Shown: piece after piece, positions 38,624 through 50,653 of the stretch
How the letters are laid out: each line of letters starts with the position of its first letter
Position numbering within the stretch: position 1 is the first letter of the stretch
Assembly: GCA_038231275.1 (NCBI GenBank)
Contig: JBBRLQ010000030.1
Span: forward strand, 1 to 64,000
From: Polyangiales bacterium
GTDB lineage: Bacteria; Myxococcota_A; Polyangia; Polyangiales; Polyangiaceae
Length of the DNA: 64,000 nucleotides
Direction: 5' to 3'
Program-made: the position numbers and the translations under genes
The notes under the pieces: generated by a model
Databases searched by the model: none
Told to the model about the DNA's origin: nothing
What the model saw: the letters and a program-made list of their open reading frames with translations, nothing else

Positions 38624-40069
38624 TTACTCGCTCGCGACGAGCGGCAGAAGCCTGCGTCGCTTGGTCGGCGTGCGCCGCGGCGCCGCGAGCGCCCGCACGC
38701 GCTCCAGCTCCCCAGGCGCCGGCGTCCCCGCGAGCGAGTGCTTGTTCGCGCGCGCGACGTCGACCTCCACGATCTCCCCCACCAGCGGCGAGCCCTCTGG
38801 CGCCTCGACGTGGACGATCTCGTTCTTGTCGGACCGCCCCTCGAACGTCCCGCCCGATTTGCTCGGCCCTTCGACGAGCACCTTCTGGCGCGTCCCCACG
38901 AGCGTCGCCAGGTGCGCGCGCCCTTGCCCTTCGACCTGCCCCAAGAGGCGCGCCAGCCGCTCGCTCTTCACGCTCTCCGGCACGTCGTCGACCAGCTTGA
39001 GCGCCGGCGTGTGGGGCCGCGGCGAGAACTTGAACGCGTACGCCTGCACGAAGCCGATGTCGGCGATCATGGCGAGCGTCTCCTCGAAGTCGGCGTCGGT
39101 CTCGCCGGGGAAGCCGACGATGATGTCGGTCGACATCGTCATCCCCGGTCGCGCGGCGAGGAGGCGGCGCGCGCGAAGCGTGTATTCTGCACGTGTGTAG
39201 CGCCGGATCATGCGCTTCAGGATGCGATCACTGCCCGACTGCGAGGGCAGGTGGACGTGGCGCGCGAGGACGTCGAGCTCGGCGTGCGCGGCGGCGAGGC
39301 CGGCGGTGGCGTGGCGGGGATGCGGGCTCGTGTAGCGCAGGCGGGCGAGCGCCGGCACCTCGCGCGCGATGAGGCGGAGGAGGGCAGGGAACTGCGACGT
39401 GTCCCCCGGCTGCGCGTCCGGCTCGCTCGCGGGCGGCGGCAGGCTCGGGTCGCGGTAGCTGTCGACGGTCTGCCCGAGGAGGAGCACTTCGCGCGCGCCG
39501 GCGTCGACGCTGCGGCGGATCTCGTCGACGATCTCGTTCGCGGGGCGGTACCGCTCGGGCCCGCGCGTGTACGGCACGACGCAGAACGAGCAGCGCTCGT
39601 CGCACCCCTTCATGGTGGTCACCATCGCGACGACCGGCGATCCGCCGGAATCGAGGTGCGCCTCGAGGAAGCGCGGCGCGTCGACATCGAACACCGTCCG
39701 CACGGCCGCCGGCGCGCCCCCTTGCTGCTGTGCCACCAGCGCCGGGAGCTCGGGAATGTTGTCGGGGCCGATGACGAGATCGATGTGGCGTACGCGCCCG
39801 AGGAGCTTCTCTCCTTCTTGCTGCGCGACGCATCCGGCGACCGCGATGACGACGTCGGGCCGCGCGAGCTTCAGCGGCGCGAGCTTGCCGACTTCGCTCC
39901 GCAGCTTCTGCTCCGCCTTCTCGCGGACGCTGCACGTGTTGAGCACGATGAGATCCGCCTCCTCGAGCGCGGCGGCGGCGGTCCACCCGTGCGCGCGCAG
40001 GACCCCTTCCATGCGCTCGGAATCGTGCGCGTTCATCTGGCAGCCGAATGTCTGGACGACGTATTTCAC
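38624..40069 (-). CDS. miaB: tRNA methylthiotransferase MiaB
   Basis: TFGCQMN, NTCSVREKAE, GCVAQ, CDERCSFC radical SAM motif, FKFSPRP.TPA, TRAM domain. Confidence 0.95.
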   Translation of the reverse strand: MKYVVQTFGCQMNAHDSERMEGVLRAHGWTAAAALEEADLIVLNTCSVREKAEQKLRSEVGKLAPLKLARPDVVIAVAGCVAQQEGEKLLGRVRHIDLVIGPDNIPELPALVAQQQGGAPAAVRTVFDVDAPRFLEAHLDSGGSPVVAMVTTMKGCDERCSFCVVPYTRGPERYRPANEIVDEIRRSVDAGAREVLLLGQTVDSYRDPSLPPPASEPDAQPGDTSQFPALLRLIAREVPALARLRYTSPHPRHATAGLAAAHAELDVLARHVHLPSQSGSDRILKRMIRRYTRAEYTLRARRLLAARPGMTMSTDIIVGFPGETDADFEETLAMIADIGFVQAYAFKFSPRPHTPALKLVDDVPESVKSERLARLLGQVEGQGRAHLATLVGTRQKVLVEGPSKSGGTFEGRSDKNEIVHVEAPEGSPLVGEIVEVDVARANKHSLAGTPAPGELERVRALAAPRRTPTKRRRLLPLVASE

Positions 40070-40186
40070 GAGGAAAACTGGTGCGGCGGCGGCAGGTGGC
40101 GGCAGGCGGAGGCCGGGGTCCTAGCATGCATTTGAGACACTCGCCGGCCTTGCGGGATGGTCCATGTCGGATAGCCTTCCCTTGCC

Positions 40187-42034
<1,848 letters not shown>

Positions 42035-43248
42035 GCGACGCGTAAAGCGCGACGAACGGCGCGAAGATGGCCCATGGATCGAGGCTCGATCCGTGGGCCG
42101 TCGCGCACCCGCCGGTTGCGGAGACGGGATCGGAAGCGGCGCCGGAGTCGGACCCAGAGTCGGTGTCGGTGCCGGCGTCGGTTACGGCGCCTGCGGGACC
42201 TACGCACGCGCCGTTTCGGCACGTGGAGTCGGGGACGCAATCCTCGTCGTGGGTGCACGGGACGGGGCCGCTTGCGCAGGCGTCGGTCGGCGCGCACTGA
42301 AGGTCTCCCGAGGCGGTCTGGGCGACGCACCGCATTCGCGCGCCGCAGTCGGTGTCGGTCGCGCACGCGCGTCCGCAGACGCGGCCGCCGGTTGGGAGAT
42401 CGTCGCACCGCGCGTCGTCTCCGGCGCCAGCGCATGCACCTGGAACGCGCGTGCATGGAGAGCACACGACGCCGCGCGAGCCCATTCGCTCACAGCTCGC
42501 CGCGATGCATCGGAGAGGAGAAGGGCAGGCGGCGCCTCCTTGGTCGCAGCGCGCAGCTCCGGTGCCCGGGTAAAGCGCGCAGACGCCGGCGCGATCGTCG
42601 CCCTCCAGCGATCGCCAGACGAGACCCGGCGGATGCGACGCGTACATCGTCGCGCGCGGATCTGCGGAGTGTCCGAGGCCGAGCGCGTGGCCCATCTCAT
42701 GGAGGATGACGCCGCGCATGTCGACGAGGCCATCGGTGGGATCGGTGCCGAGCGACCAGCGGTAGTCGACGCCGTTGAGGTGGATGTCGGCGTCGTGGAC
42801 GTTGCCTTGCGCGTCGAGGGTCACGATCGTCTGGCCGAGGGCACCCGGGAGGAGGTTCTTTGGCCACGCGTCCTCGTGGAAGAAGACGCCGTTCACGCCG
42901 TCGTCGCCGGGGGTGAGCGCGGCGGGCGAAGGCGCGACGGTCGCGCGGAACGACGTGCACGGCACTTCACTCCAGCTCCGCGCGGCGACCGCCAGCTCGG
43001 CGAGCGCGTTCTCTTGCCGGAGATCGCGCGGAAGCGGCGTCGAAAACGTAAAGAGCACCGGCAGGGAGCCCGAGGCCCAAGTCCCCGCCGGCACCCCGCG
43101 CGTGTACGCCGTCGACGGCCCGCCTGCCGGCGCCTGCGCCTGCGCGTGCGCCGACTCGACCACGCACGCGATCGGGGCGTCGAACGGAGGAAGCGAGGCC
43201 ACCCCCGGATTTGACACCACGTCGCTTGAAACCTAAAGGGTTTCCGTA

Positions 43249-43854
43249 GTGCTTCCGACGCCCTACTCCTCGCCCCACCCCTCGCGCTACTCCGAGGCCA
43301 CGGTCCCCACGGAATACGGCCCTGTGCGCGTGGTCGTCTACCGCGAGGAAGCGGAGAAGGAACACATGGCCCTCGTCGTCGGCGAGCCGCCGGCCCCTGG
43401 CGCGCAGATCCTCGTGCGCGTCCACTCGGAGTGCTGGACCGGCGAGGTCCTGCGTTCTCACAAATGCGACTGTCGCGCGCAGCTCGATCAGGCGCTCACC
43501 GCGATGGCGGAGGCGGGCGCCGGCGTCGTCGTCTACATGCGCCAAGAAGGCCGCGGCATCGGCCTCGGCAACAAGATCCGCGCGTACGCGTTGCAAGAGC
43601 AAGGGGCCGACACCGTCGACGCCAACCGCATGCTCGGCTTCGAGGACGACGCGCGCACGTACGACGTCGCTGCGGCGATCCTGCGCGATCTCGGCGTCTC
43701 GCGCGTCGCGCTCCTGACCAACAACCCCAAGAAGGTGGACGGCCTCCGCGCGCATGGCATCGTCGTCGACGCGCGCGTCCCGATCGCCGTGGCGCCGAAT
43801 GCGCACAACGCCGACTACCTCGCGGTGAAGGCGAAGAGGATGGGCCACCTATGA
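43249..43854 (+). CDS. ribA: GTP cyclohydrolase II
   Basis: RVHSECWTG..KCDC, QEGRGIGL.NKIRAY, LLTNNP.K, MGH. Confidence 0.93.
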   Translation: MLPTPYSSPHPSRYSEATVPTEYGPVRVVVYREEAEKEHMALVVGEPPAPGAQILVRVHSECWTGEVLRSHKCDCRAQLDQALTAMAEAGAGVVVYMRQEGRGIGLGNKIRAYALQEQGADTVDANRMLGFEDDARTYDVAAAILRDLGVSRVALLTNNPKKVDGLRAHGIVVDARVPIAVAPNAHNADYLAVKAKRMGHL

Positions 43855-44675
43855 TGCTCTCGCCGCTCTCCGTCGCCGCGATCCAGATGTCGAGCCAGGA
43901 CGACGTCGCCAAGAACCTCGCGCGCGCGTGCACCCTCGTCGAGCAGGCTGCCGATCAGGGGGCGGAGATCGCACTCCTGCCCGAGAACTTCGCGTTCATG
44001 GGGGAAGAGGACGAGAAGCGTCGCCTCGCCGAGCCCGACGACGGCACCGGCCCCATCCTCCACGCGATCCGCGAGCTCGCGCGCCGCGCCAAAGTGCACG
44101 TCGTCGCCGGCGGCATGCCCGAGAAGAGCGGCGACGCCGCGCGCCCGTACAACACGTCCTTCCTCGTCGCGCCCGACGGCTCGATCATCGGACGCTACCG
44201 CAAGGTTCATCTCTTCGACGTCGAGATCCCGAACGGCCCCACCCTCGTCGAGAGCGCGGCCACGACAGCCGGCGATCTCGACGTCCGCGTCGTCGACGCA
44301 TGCGGGACCAAGATCGGGATGACCGTTTGCTACGACCTGCGCTTCCCCGAGCTTTACCGAAAGATCGCGGCGCTTGGCGCGCGCATCGTCACCGTGCCCG
44401 CCGCGTTCACGCTCACGACCGGCAAGGATCACTGGCACACGCTGCTCTGCGCGCGCGCGATCGAGAATCAAGTGTTCGTGGTGGCGGCGGCGCAGCACGG
44501 CAAGCACCCGCGCGGCCGGCTGACGTACGGCAAGAGCCTCGTCGTCGATCCGTGGGGCGACGTCCTCGCGCAGGTCGGCGAAGGGGAGGGGTTCTGCGTC
44601 GCGCGCCTGGACTTCGCCTACCAAGACAAGGTGCGTGCGGGGCTGCCGTGCCTCTCGCACCGGCGCCTTCCGTGA
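43851..44675 (+). CDS. Carbon-nitrogen hydrolase (Nit1/deaminated glutathione amidase-like)
   Basis: Catalytic E-K-C: LPENF, YRKVHLFD, VCYDLRFPE; ARAIENQ; ATGA overlap with ribA. Confidence 0.9.
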   Translation: MMLSPLSVAAIQMSSQDDVAKNLARACTLVEQAADQGAEIALLPENFAFMGEEDEKRRLAEPDDGTGPILHAIRELARRAKVHVVAGGMPEKSGDAARPYNTSFLVAPDGSIIGRYRKVHLFDVEIPNGPTLVESAATTAGDLDVRVVDACGTKIGMTVCYDLRFPELYRKIAALGARIVTVPAAFTLTTGKDHWHTLLCARAIENQVFVVAAAQHGKHPRGRLTYGKSLVVDPWGDVLAQVGEGEGFCVARLDFAYQDKVRAGLPCLSHRRLP

Positions 44676-45790
44676 AGGTCCCGCTCACCGATCTCGGACC
44701 GCAGCACGCCGAGACGGGGGAGGCGGCGCTCGCGGCGGTGGCGGCGGTGGCGAAGGGGGGCCGGTTCATCCTCGGTGAGACTGTGGCGCGCTTCGAGCGC
44801 ACGCTCGCGGAGCTCGTGGGTGCACCCCACGCGATCGGCGTCGCCTCAGGGACCGATGCGCTGGTCCTCGCGCTCCAGGCCGCGGGGATCGCGCCGGGCG
44901 ATAGGGTGATCACGTCGTCGGTCACGTTCGCCGCGACGGCGGAGGCGATCGTTCGCGCCGGCGCAGAGCCGGTCTTTTGCGAGCCGGACCCGTCGACGTT
45001 CTGCCTGAGCCCCGCCGCCGCGCGCGCGCGCGTCGAGACCATGGCGCCGGCCGCGCGTCGGCGCCTTCGCGGGATCGTTCCGGTGCACCTCTTCGGGCGC
45101 GCGTGCGACATGGCGGCGCTCGGCGCGCTCGCGGAGGAGCATCGGCTCGTGGTCGTCGAGGACGCAGCGCAGGCGCTGGGCGGCAGCACCGGAGGGCGCG
45201 CGCTCGGCACGCACGGCGCGGCGGGTTGCTTTAGTTTCTTTCCGACGAAGAACCTCGGCGCGTGGGGCGACGGCGGCGCGGTGGTGACCGCCGATGAGGC
45301 GCTCGCGGCGCGCGTGAAGAGCTTGCGCCAGCACGGCATCGAGCACGGCCACATCGTGCGGCTCGGGATGAACAGCCGCCTCGACGCGCTGCAGGCCGCG
45401 GTCCTCGACGTGAAGGCGGCGCGTCTCGCCACATGGACCCGCGCGCGCGTCGCCGCCGCCGAACGGTACCGCGCCCTCCTCGTCGAGGCGCTTCCGACGG
45501 GCTCGCTCCAGGATTCTGGCGCCGACGGCGAGCACGTCTACCACCAGTTCGTGGTCCTCACCGACCGGCGCGAGGCACTGGCACGTCACCTCGCCGCGCG
45601 CGACATCGAAACGCGTGCATACTACACGCGCCCGCTCCACGAAGAGCCGGCGTTTCAGCGGTTCGCGCCCTCCGAGATCCTCCCGGCGTCTCCCGTCGCG
45701 GGCCGACTCCTCGCGCTCCCGATGTTTTACGGCATCACGGAGGCCCAGCAGCGTCACGTCGCCACGGCTGTCGCCGACTTCTTCGCGTAG
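44672..45790 (+). CDS. DegT/DnrJ/EryC1/StrS PLP aminotransferase
   Basis: SGTDAL, PVHLFG, EDAAQA, SFFPTKNLGA.GDGG, NSRLD; GTGA overlap. Confidence 0.92.
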   Translation: MKVPLTDLGPQHAETGEAALAAVAAVAKGGRFILGETVARFERTLAELVGAPHAIGVASGTDALVLALQAAGIAPGDRVITSSVTFAATAEAIVRAGAEPVFCEPDPSTFCLSPAAARARVETMAPAARRRLRGIVPVHLFGRACDMAALGALAEEHRLVVVEDAAQALGGSTGGRALGTHGAAGCFSFFPTKNLGAWGDGGAVVTADEALAARVKSLRQHGIEHGHIVRLGMNSRLDALQAAVLDVKAARLATWTRARVAAAERYRALLVEALPTGSLQDSGADGEHVYHQFVVLTDRREALARHLAARDIETRAYYTRPLHEEPAFQRFAPSEILPASPVAGRLLALPMFYGITEAQQRHVATAVADFFA

Positions 45791-45797
45791 GTCTGGC

Positions 45798-46970
45798 CTA
45801 GTACACGCCGGGGATCAGCACCCAGGGGACCTTCTTCTTGTACGCGACGTAGTCCGGATCCTGAGAGAGATGACGCTCCTCGGTCCACGCGCGCAGGGCG
45901 TACACGAGGTTGAGGCACGTCAAGAAGAACGCGGTCTGGAGCGTCATGTTCGGCAGGTACTCCATCCACCACGCGAAGCCCTTGCACACGTACGCAGGGT
46001 GCCGGATGAACCGATACGGCCCCTTGTCGGTGATGCCGCGGTTCGTCAGGTTCGAGAATTTGAGCCCGAACGCCACCGTCGCCGCCGCGTAGATCGTGAA
46101 CGCCGCGAGCATGAGGAAGCGGCACGCCGTCTGTCCCCACGGGTTGGTGATGAAGGGGGCGTTCTGGTTCAAGGGCAGGTACGTCCCGAGCACGTCGTTG
46201 AAGGGCGGGTAGCACGAGATCGCCGCGGCCCAGCCCAGCGCGGTCGGCTCCACGCTCCTCGTCTTGTTCTTGAGCCAGCTGCTCTCGAGGCAGTAGCCCA
46301 TGAGCGCCCAGCCGCAGTCCACGAAGAAGAGGAGGTCGTAGTACATGTCCCCGGCGAACCGGAGGTTGCCGAGGTTGGTCCACCAGTCGCCGTGGAAGAG
46401 CGCCGCCAGATCGCTCCCGTCGGGGGCGAGCTTCGGCACCGTCGTCGTCACGTACGCCCACCAGTCGCTCACGCCGAGCACGCGCGACGCGTCACCGAAG
46501 ACCGGCTGGTGCTTCCGGAACGCCCAGTTGCGCGCGATGTTGTTGGTGTGGCCCGAGAAGAAGGTCACCATCAGCGGGATGTAGAAGAGCTTCACGATGA
46601 TCGAGAGGATCGTCGTCTTCACGCGGCGGCTTCGGACGAGGTGCTTCAGCTTGCCGCGCCACGTGCCGCGCGCGAGGAGCATCCAGTGGAGCGCCGGATC
46701 GCGCATGTCCTTTGCGCGCGTGGAGAAGCGCTTCAGGGTGGCGTACGCGTAGGGGAGGCCGAGGACGAGCCACACCATGAGGCCGACGTCGAAGACCGGG
46801 CGCCACGGCGCGAACTGCTGGCGCTGGTAGTAGGGGTGACGGTGGTAGAGGACCCAGAGCACGCAGAGGATCGCGGTCACCGTCAACCAGCGCCAGGCGG
46901 CGCGCACCCAGAGAGACTTGGCCTTGGTGGGCGCGGCGGTCTCCGCCGGGCTCGAGGTCGCGCTGCTCAT
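45798..46970 (-). CDS. ICMT/PEMT-family integral membrane methyltransferase, paralog B
   Basis: GPYRFIRHPAY..R..TEERHL..Y..Y..KVP..IPG; many TMs. Confidence 0.82.
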   Translation of the reverse strand: MSSATSSPAETAAPTKAKSLWVRAAWRWLTVTAILCVLWVLYHRHPYYQRQQFAPWRPVFDVGLMVWLVLGLPYAYATLKRFSTRAKDMRDPALHWMLLARGTWRGKLKHLVRSRRVKTTILSIIVKLFYIPLMVTFFSGHTNNIARNWAFRKHQPVFGDASRVLGVSDWWAYVTTTVPKLAPDGSDLAALFHGDWWTNLGNLRFAGDMYYDLLFFVDCGWALMGYCLESSWLKNKTRSVEPTALGWAAAISCYPPFNDVLGTYLPLNQNAPFITNPWGQTACRFLMLAAFTIYAAATVAFGLKFSNLTNRGITDKGPYRFIRHPAYVCKGFAWWMEYLPNMTLQTAFFLTCLNLVYALRAWTEERHLSQDPDYVAYKKKVPWVLIPGVY

Positions 46971-47044
46971 CTCGCGGCAAAAAGTAGCACACCGCAGCCG
47001 TCGGGCGCCGCCGCCGAGCGGCGACCGTGGTCACGTCGCCGGAG

Positions 47045-48190
47045 TCAGAAGATCCCAGGGATGAACAGCCACGGCACCTTCTTCTTGTAGGCGACGTAGT
47101 CCGGATCCTGCGACAGGTGGCGCTCCTCGGTGTACGCGCGAAGGGCGTAGAGGCCGTTCAGGATCGAGAGGAAGAAGACCGTCTGAAGCGAGATGTTCGG
47201 CAGGTTCTCCATCCACCACGCGAAGTTCTTGCAGAGGTACGCGGGGTGCCGCACGAAGCGGTAGGGGCCGCGCGAGATGATTCCGCGGTTCGTCAGGTTG
47301 GAGAACTTGAAGCCGAAGGAGACCGTCGCCGCCGCGTACACCGTGAACGCGGAGAGGACGAGGATCCGCAAGGACAGGAGCACGTACGGGTTCGTGATGA
47401 ACTGGTGGCTCGAGTCGAGCGGCAGGTACGTGCCGGTGATGTCATTGAACGGCGGGTACAGCGCCAGAGCAGACGCCCAGCCGAGCGCGGTCGGCTCGAC
47501 GCTGCGCGTCTTGTTCTTCAGCCACTGGCTCTCGAGGCAATACCCGAAGAGCGCCCAGCCGCAGTCCACGAAAAAGAGGATGTTGTAATAGAGATCGCCG
47601 GCGAAGCGGACGTTCGCCAGGTTCCACCACGACGCGTCGAAGAGCGCGCCGAAGTCGCTCCCGTCGGGGAGGAGCTTCGGCCCTGTCGTCGTGACGTACG
47701 CCCACCAGTCGTGGACGCTCTGCACCTTGCCGCCGTCTCCGAACGTAGGCAGGTGCTTCCGGTTCGCCCACATCCTCGCGATGATGTTCGAGTGGTCCGA
47801 GAAGAACGTCGTCATCAGCGGTGCGTAGAAGCCCTTCACGAAGAGCGACAGGATGGTCGTCTTCACGCGGCGGCTGCGAAAGAGGTGCTTCGTCTTGCCG
47901 CGCCACGCGCCGCGCACGAGGAGCATCCAGTGGAGCGCCGAGTCGCGCATGTCCTTCTGGCGTGACGAGAAGCGCTTCACCGTCACGTAGCAGTAGGGAA
48001 AGCCCAGCGCGATCCACGCGAAGAAGCCGAACTGGAAGACGGGGCGCCACGGCTGGAACTGCGGGCGCAGGTAGTAGGGGTGGCGGTTGTAGAGGACCCA
48101 GAGGACCGCCATGATCCCGGTGATCGTCACCCACCGCCATCCCGCGCGCGCGAGGAGGGTCTTGGGGGAGTTCTTCGGGACCGCGCTCAC
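47045..48190 (-). CDS. ICMT/PEMT-family integral membrane methyltransferase, paralog A
   Basis: GPYRFVRHPAY..TEERHL; colinear with 45798..46970; GTGA overlap with the upstream gene. Confidence 0.82.
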   Translation of the reverse strand: MSAVPKNSPKTLLARAGWRWVTITGIMAVLWVLYNRHPYYLRPQFQPWRPVFQFGFFAWIALGFPYCYVTVKRFSSRQKDMRDSALHWMLLVRGAWRGKTKHLFRSRRVKTTILSLFVKGFYAPLMTTFFSDHSNIIARMWANRKHLPTFGDGGKVQSVHDWWAYVTTTGPKLLPDGSDFGALFDASWWNLANVRFAGDLYYNILFFVDCGWALFGYCLESQWLKNKTRSVEPTALGWASALALYPPFNDITGTYLPLDSSHQFITNPYVLLSLRILVLSAFTVYAAATVSFGFKFSNLTNRGIISRGPYRFVRHPAYLCKNFAWWMENLPNISLQTVFFLSILNGLYALRAYTEERHLSQDPDYVAYKKKVPWLFIPGIF

Positions 48191-49257
48191 AGATGCTCGC
48201 GCGCGATGTCCGCCCAGGTACCGGTCGGCTCGAGCTCCAGGTAACGCTTCCAGTGGGCGCGCGCGCGGACCTTCTCGCCGACCGCTTCGTAGGCCATCGC
48301 CAGGTTGAAGTGCGCGTCGGCGAAGCGCGGGTCGGCCTCCAGCGCCTTCTCGAAGTAGCCGATGGCGCGGCGCGGCTCACCCCGCTCGAGCATCACGTAG
48401 CCGAGGTTGTAGTGGGCCTCGGGCTGGCGATCGTCGATCTCGAGGGCGTGACGATAGAGCTCCTCCGCGCCGGCCTCGTCGCCGCGGCGGAAGCGGATGT
48501 TGCCGAGGTTGGTGTGCGCGATGGCGAGCTCCGGATCGAGCTCGAGGGCGCGGCGGTACAGCTCCTCGGCCTCTTCGAAGGTGGCGGCGTCCTCGTCGAG
48601 GCTGCTCGCGCGCGTGTACAAATCGTAGGCGGTGCGGGCGCGGGCGCCGAGCGTCTCGGGCCGGAGCATGCGCACGACGTCGTCGCGCAGCGCGTTCACC
48701 TGGAAATCCAGGACCATCTGCCCGGTGAGCGGCTCGAACATCGCGCCGTCGGTCTTCACGACCATGCGGCGCCCGTCGCTCACGATGCGTAGCTCCTGGA
48801 GCGGGCGCGTCACGCGCGGAAGGCTCTCCTTCAAGATGCCGATCGCGCGCGCCACGTCGCCGATCTTCACGCGGCGCGCGAGCAAGTCGTGCGTCGCGCG
48901 GACGGCGATGAGGTCCTGGAAGGTGTAGACCTTCCGGCCTCCGCGCGTGCCGCTGGGGCTCACGATCTGCGCCTTCTCGAGGGAGCGCAGGCGCGCGGCG
49001 GTCATGCCGATGAGCTTCGACACCTCGGCGCGCGAGAACGTGTCGCTCACCGGCTCGCGTCCGCCGCCGTTCGGCGCCTCGGGAGCGTCGGGCGGCGCGG
49101 CGCCTTCTTTCGGGGCGTTCGCGTCGATGCGTCCGCCGCCGGGACCGAACGCGACGTGGATGACGTCGGCGCCCTTCTTCGCGGCAGCGTCGGACGGGGG
49201 GATGGCAGTCGTGCCCTTGCCGCCCTTGCGGCGTTGGGGCTTCTTCTTTTCGGGCAT
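48187..49257 (-). CDS. MerR-type HTH protein with C-terminal TPR repeats
   Basis: SRAEVSKLIGMTAARLRSLE..GGRKVYTFQDL; about 4 TPRs (AHTNLG, AHYNLG, AHFNLA); start uncertain (ORF open to 49326). Confidence 0.82.
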   Translation of the reverse strand: MPEKKKPQRRKGGKGTTAIPPSDAAAKKGADVIHVAFGPGGGRIDANAPKEGAAPPDAPEAPNGGGREPVSDTFSRAEVSKLIGMTAARLRSLEKAQIVSPSGTRGGRKVYTFQDLIAVRATHDLLARRVKIGDVARAIGILKESLPRVTRPLQELRIVSDGRRMVVKTDGAMFEPLTGQMVLDFQVNALRDDVVRMLRPETLGARARTAYDLYTRASSLDEDAATFEEAEELYRRALELDPELAIAHTNLGNIRFRRGDEAGAEELYRHALEIDDRQPEAHYNLGYVMLERGEPRRAIGYFEKALEADPRFADAHFNLAMAYEAVGEKVRARAHWKRYLELEPTGTWADIAREHL

Positions 49258-49294
49258 TCCGTCTTCGAGAGTGGGCATGTAGATGGTCACGAGC

Positions 49295-49858
49295 TCACCG
49301 CCTCGAGGTGCCGAGGCGCCCCTCAATCAAGGGCGCCTGGATGTCGACGTCAATCCTCACGCCCTGCGGGTCGTGCGAGACCCTCAGCTCCGTCATCACG
49401 ATGTCAAGAGCCCCGGGCGCGCGGCTCTGCGCCTCCCTGTGGGCAATTCGGATCGCCCGCAGGCGGACGTGCAGGTCTCGCGCGGCGACGGCGGCGATGA
49501 AATGCCGCTCTTCGTGGGTGACCGGGAGGGGTAGCGGCAAAATTAAGCTCGTCGTCCCGTACCAGACGCGCCCCCCTGCTTCTTCGCGGCATGAGCCTTC
49601 GCTCACGGCGTCGGCGCGCTCGAACAGCTCGCGCCAGGCCGGCTCGTGGACGCGAAGGCGCGCCCGGCGATCCTGCGAAACCAGCGCAGGCTTCCGCGCC
49701 TTGACGATCGAAGGTCCCCTGGGCGGCGTCACTTCATCCCGATCTCCAAATCGGATCGTGCCGTGCGCGGAGGTGCGGCGTGAAGTTTTGTGTGCGTTCT
49801 CCACTCCCGCCCTTCGTGCGAAGCACGATTCGCGAGGCGACGCGCGGGGGAGGCTCAC
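49295..49858 (-). CDS. Hypothetical protein; true start probably downstream of 49858
   Basis: Fills the gap in a same-strand run of genes; globular-looking C-terminal 130 aa. Confidence 0.5.
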   Translation of the reverse strand: MSLPRASPRESCFARRAGVENAHKTSRRTSAHGTIRFGDRDEVTPPRGPSIVKARKPALVSQDRRARLRVHEPAWRELFERADAVSEGSCREEAGGRVWYGTTSLILPLPLPVTHEERHFIAAVAARDLHVRLRAIRIAHREAQSRAPGALDIVMTELRVSHDPQGVRIDVDIQAPLIEGRLGTSRR

Positions 49859-49936
49859 GCGTTTGCGCGTGAGGGGGCCGGTATGGCCCCACCAGACGAA
49901 AGGTTAGTCCAGGCGGCGCTTCAGCGCGGCCTGGCC

Positions 49937-50617
49937 CTAACCGAACGCAGCGATGCGGAGCGGCTCGGCGTCCAGAGGGACGGTGATTTGCTCGACGACG
50001 ACGCCAGTCGGGGTCGACTCGATCCACGTCGCGTGCGCGACGCTGCCGCCGCCGGCGCGCAGATCGGGGGCCTCGCCCACGCTGCCGACGTTGACGATGC
50101 GGCAGCCCATGACCTCGCGCTCGAAGGGCGTGTGGCTCATCCCGCAGACGACGACGTCCGCCGGATCGTCGCCGAGCAGCGCGTCGAGCTCCTCGTCGGT
50201 CATGTCGTGGCTGAGCGCCTCCGCCGGATCGACCGGCGAGCCGTGCACGAGAACGAGCTCTCCGCCGTCCTCGAGGGGCATGCGGAAGTGGGTGGGCAGC
50301 CGCTTGAGACGGCCGAGGATGACGTCCCCGAGCTCCGAGCGGACGGCGTGCATCCGCTCGATCATCTTCTTTTCGTGATCGTTGGAGCCGTGCAGATCCT
50401 TCGGGTCGAGCGTGGCGAGGGCCTTGTCGCTCACGCCCTGAACCAGCACCGCGCCGGCCGCCGCGAGGCGCCGCCACGTCTCGAGCGGATGGGGGCCCGG
50501 GAAGACGATGTCGCCGGCGACGAGGAGCTTGTTGAAGCTCCGCCGCTCGGCGGTCGCGAGGACCGCGGCGAGCGCATCGAGTCGGCCATGGATGTCGGAA
50601 ACACAGAGGAGGCGCAT
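49937..50617 (-). CDS. Calcineurin-like metallophosphoesterase family protein with degenerate motifs
   Basis: SDIHG, AGDIV, VHGSP, NVGSVG; QGVSD replaces GNH(D/E) and GMSH replaces GHTH. Confidence 0.82.
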   Translation of the reverse strand: MRLLCVSDIHGRLDALAAVLATAERRSFNKLLVAGDIVFPGPHPLETWRRLAAAGAVLVQGVSDKALATLDPKDLHGSNDHEKKMIERMHAVRSELGDVILGRLKRLPTHFRMPLEDGGELVLVHGSPVDPAEALSHDMTDEELDALLGDDPADVVVCGMSHTPFEREVMGCRIVNVGSVGEAPDLRAGGGSVAHATWIESTPTGVVVEQITVPLDAEPLRIAAFG

Positions 50618-50653
50618 GAGGTTTCTCGGAGTCTCTTCGTGGATCGTAGTCGC

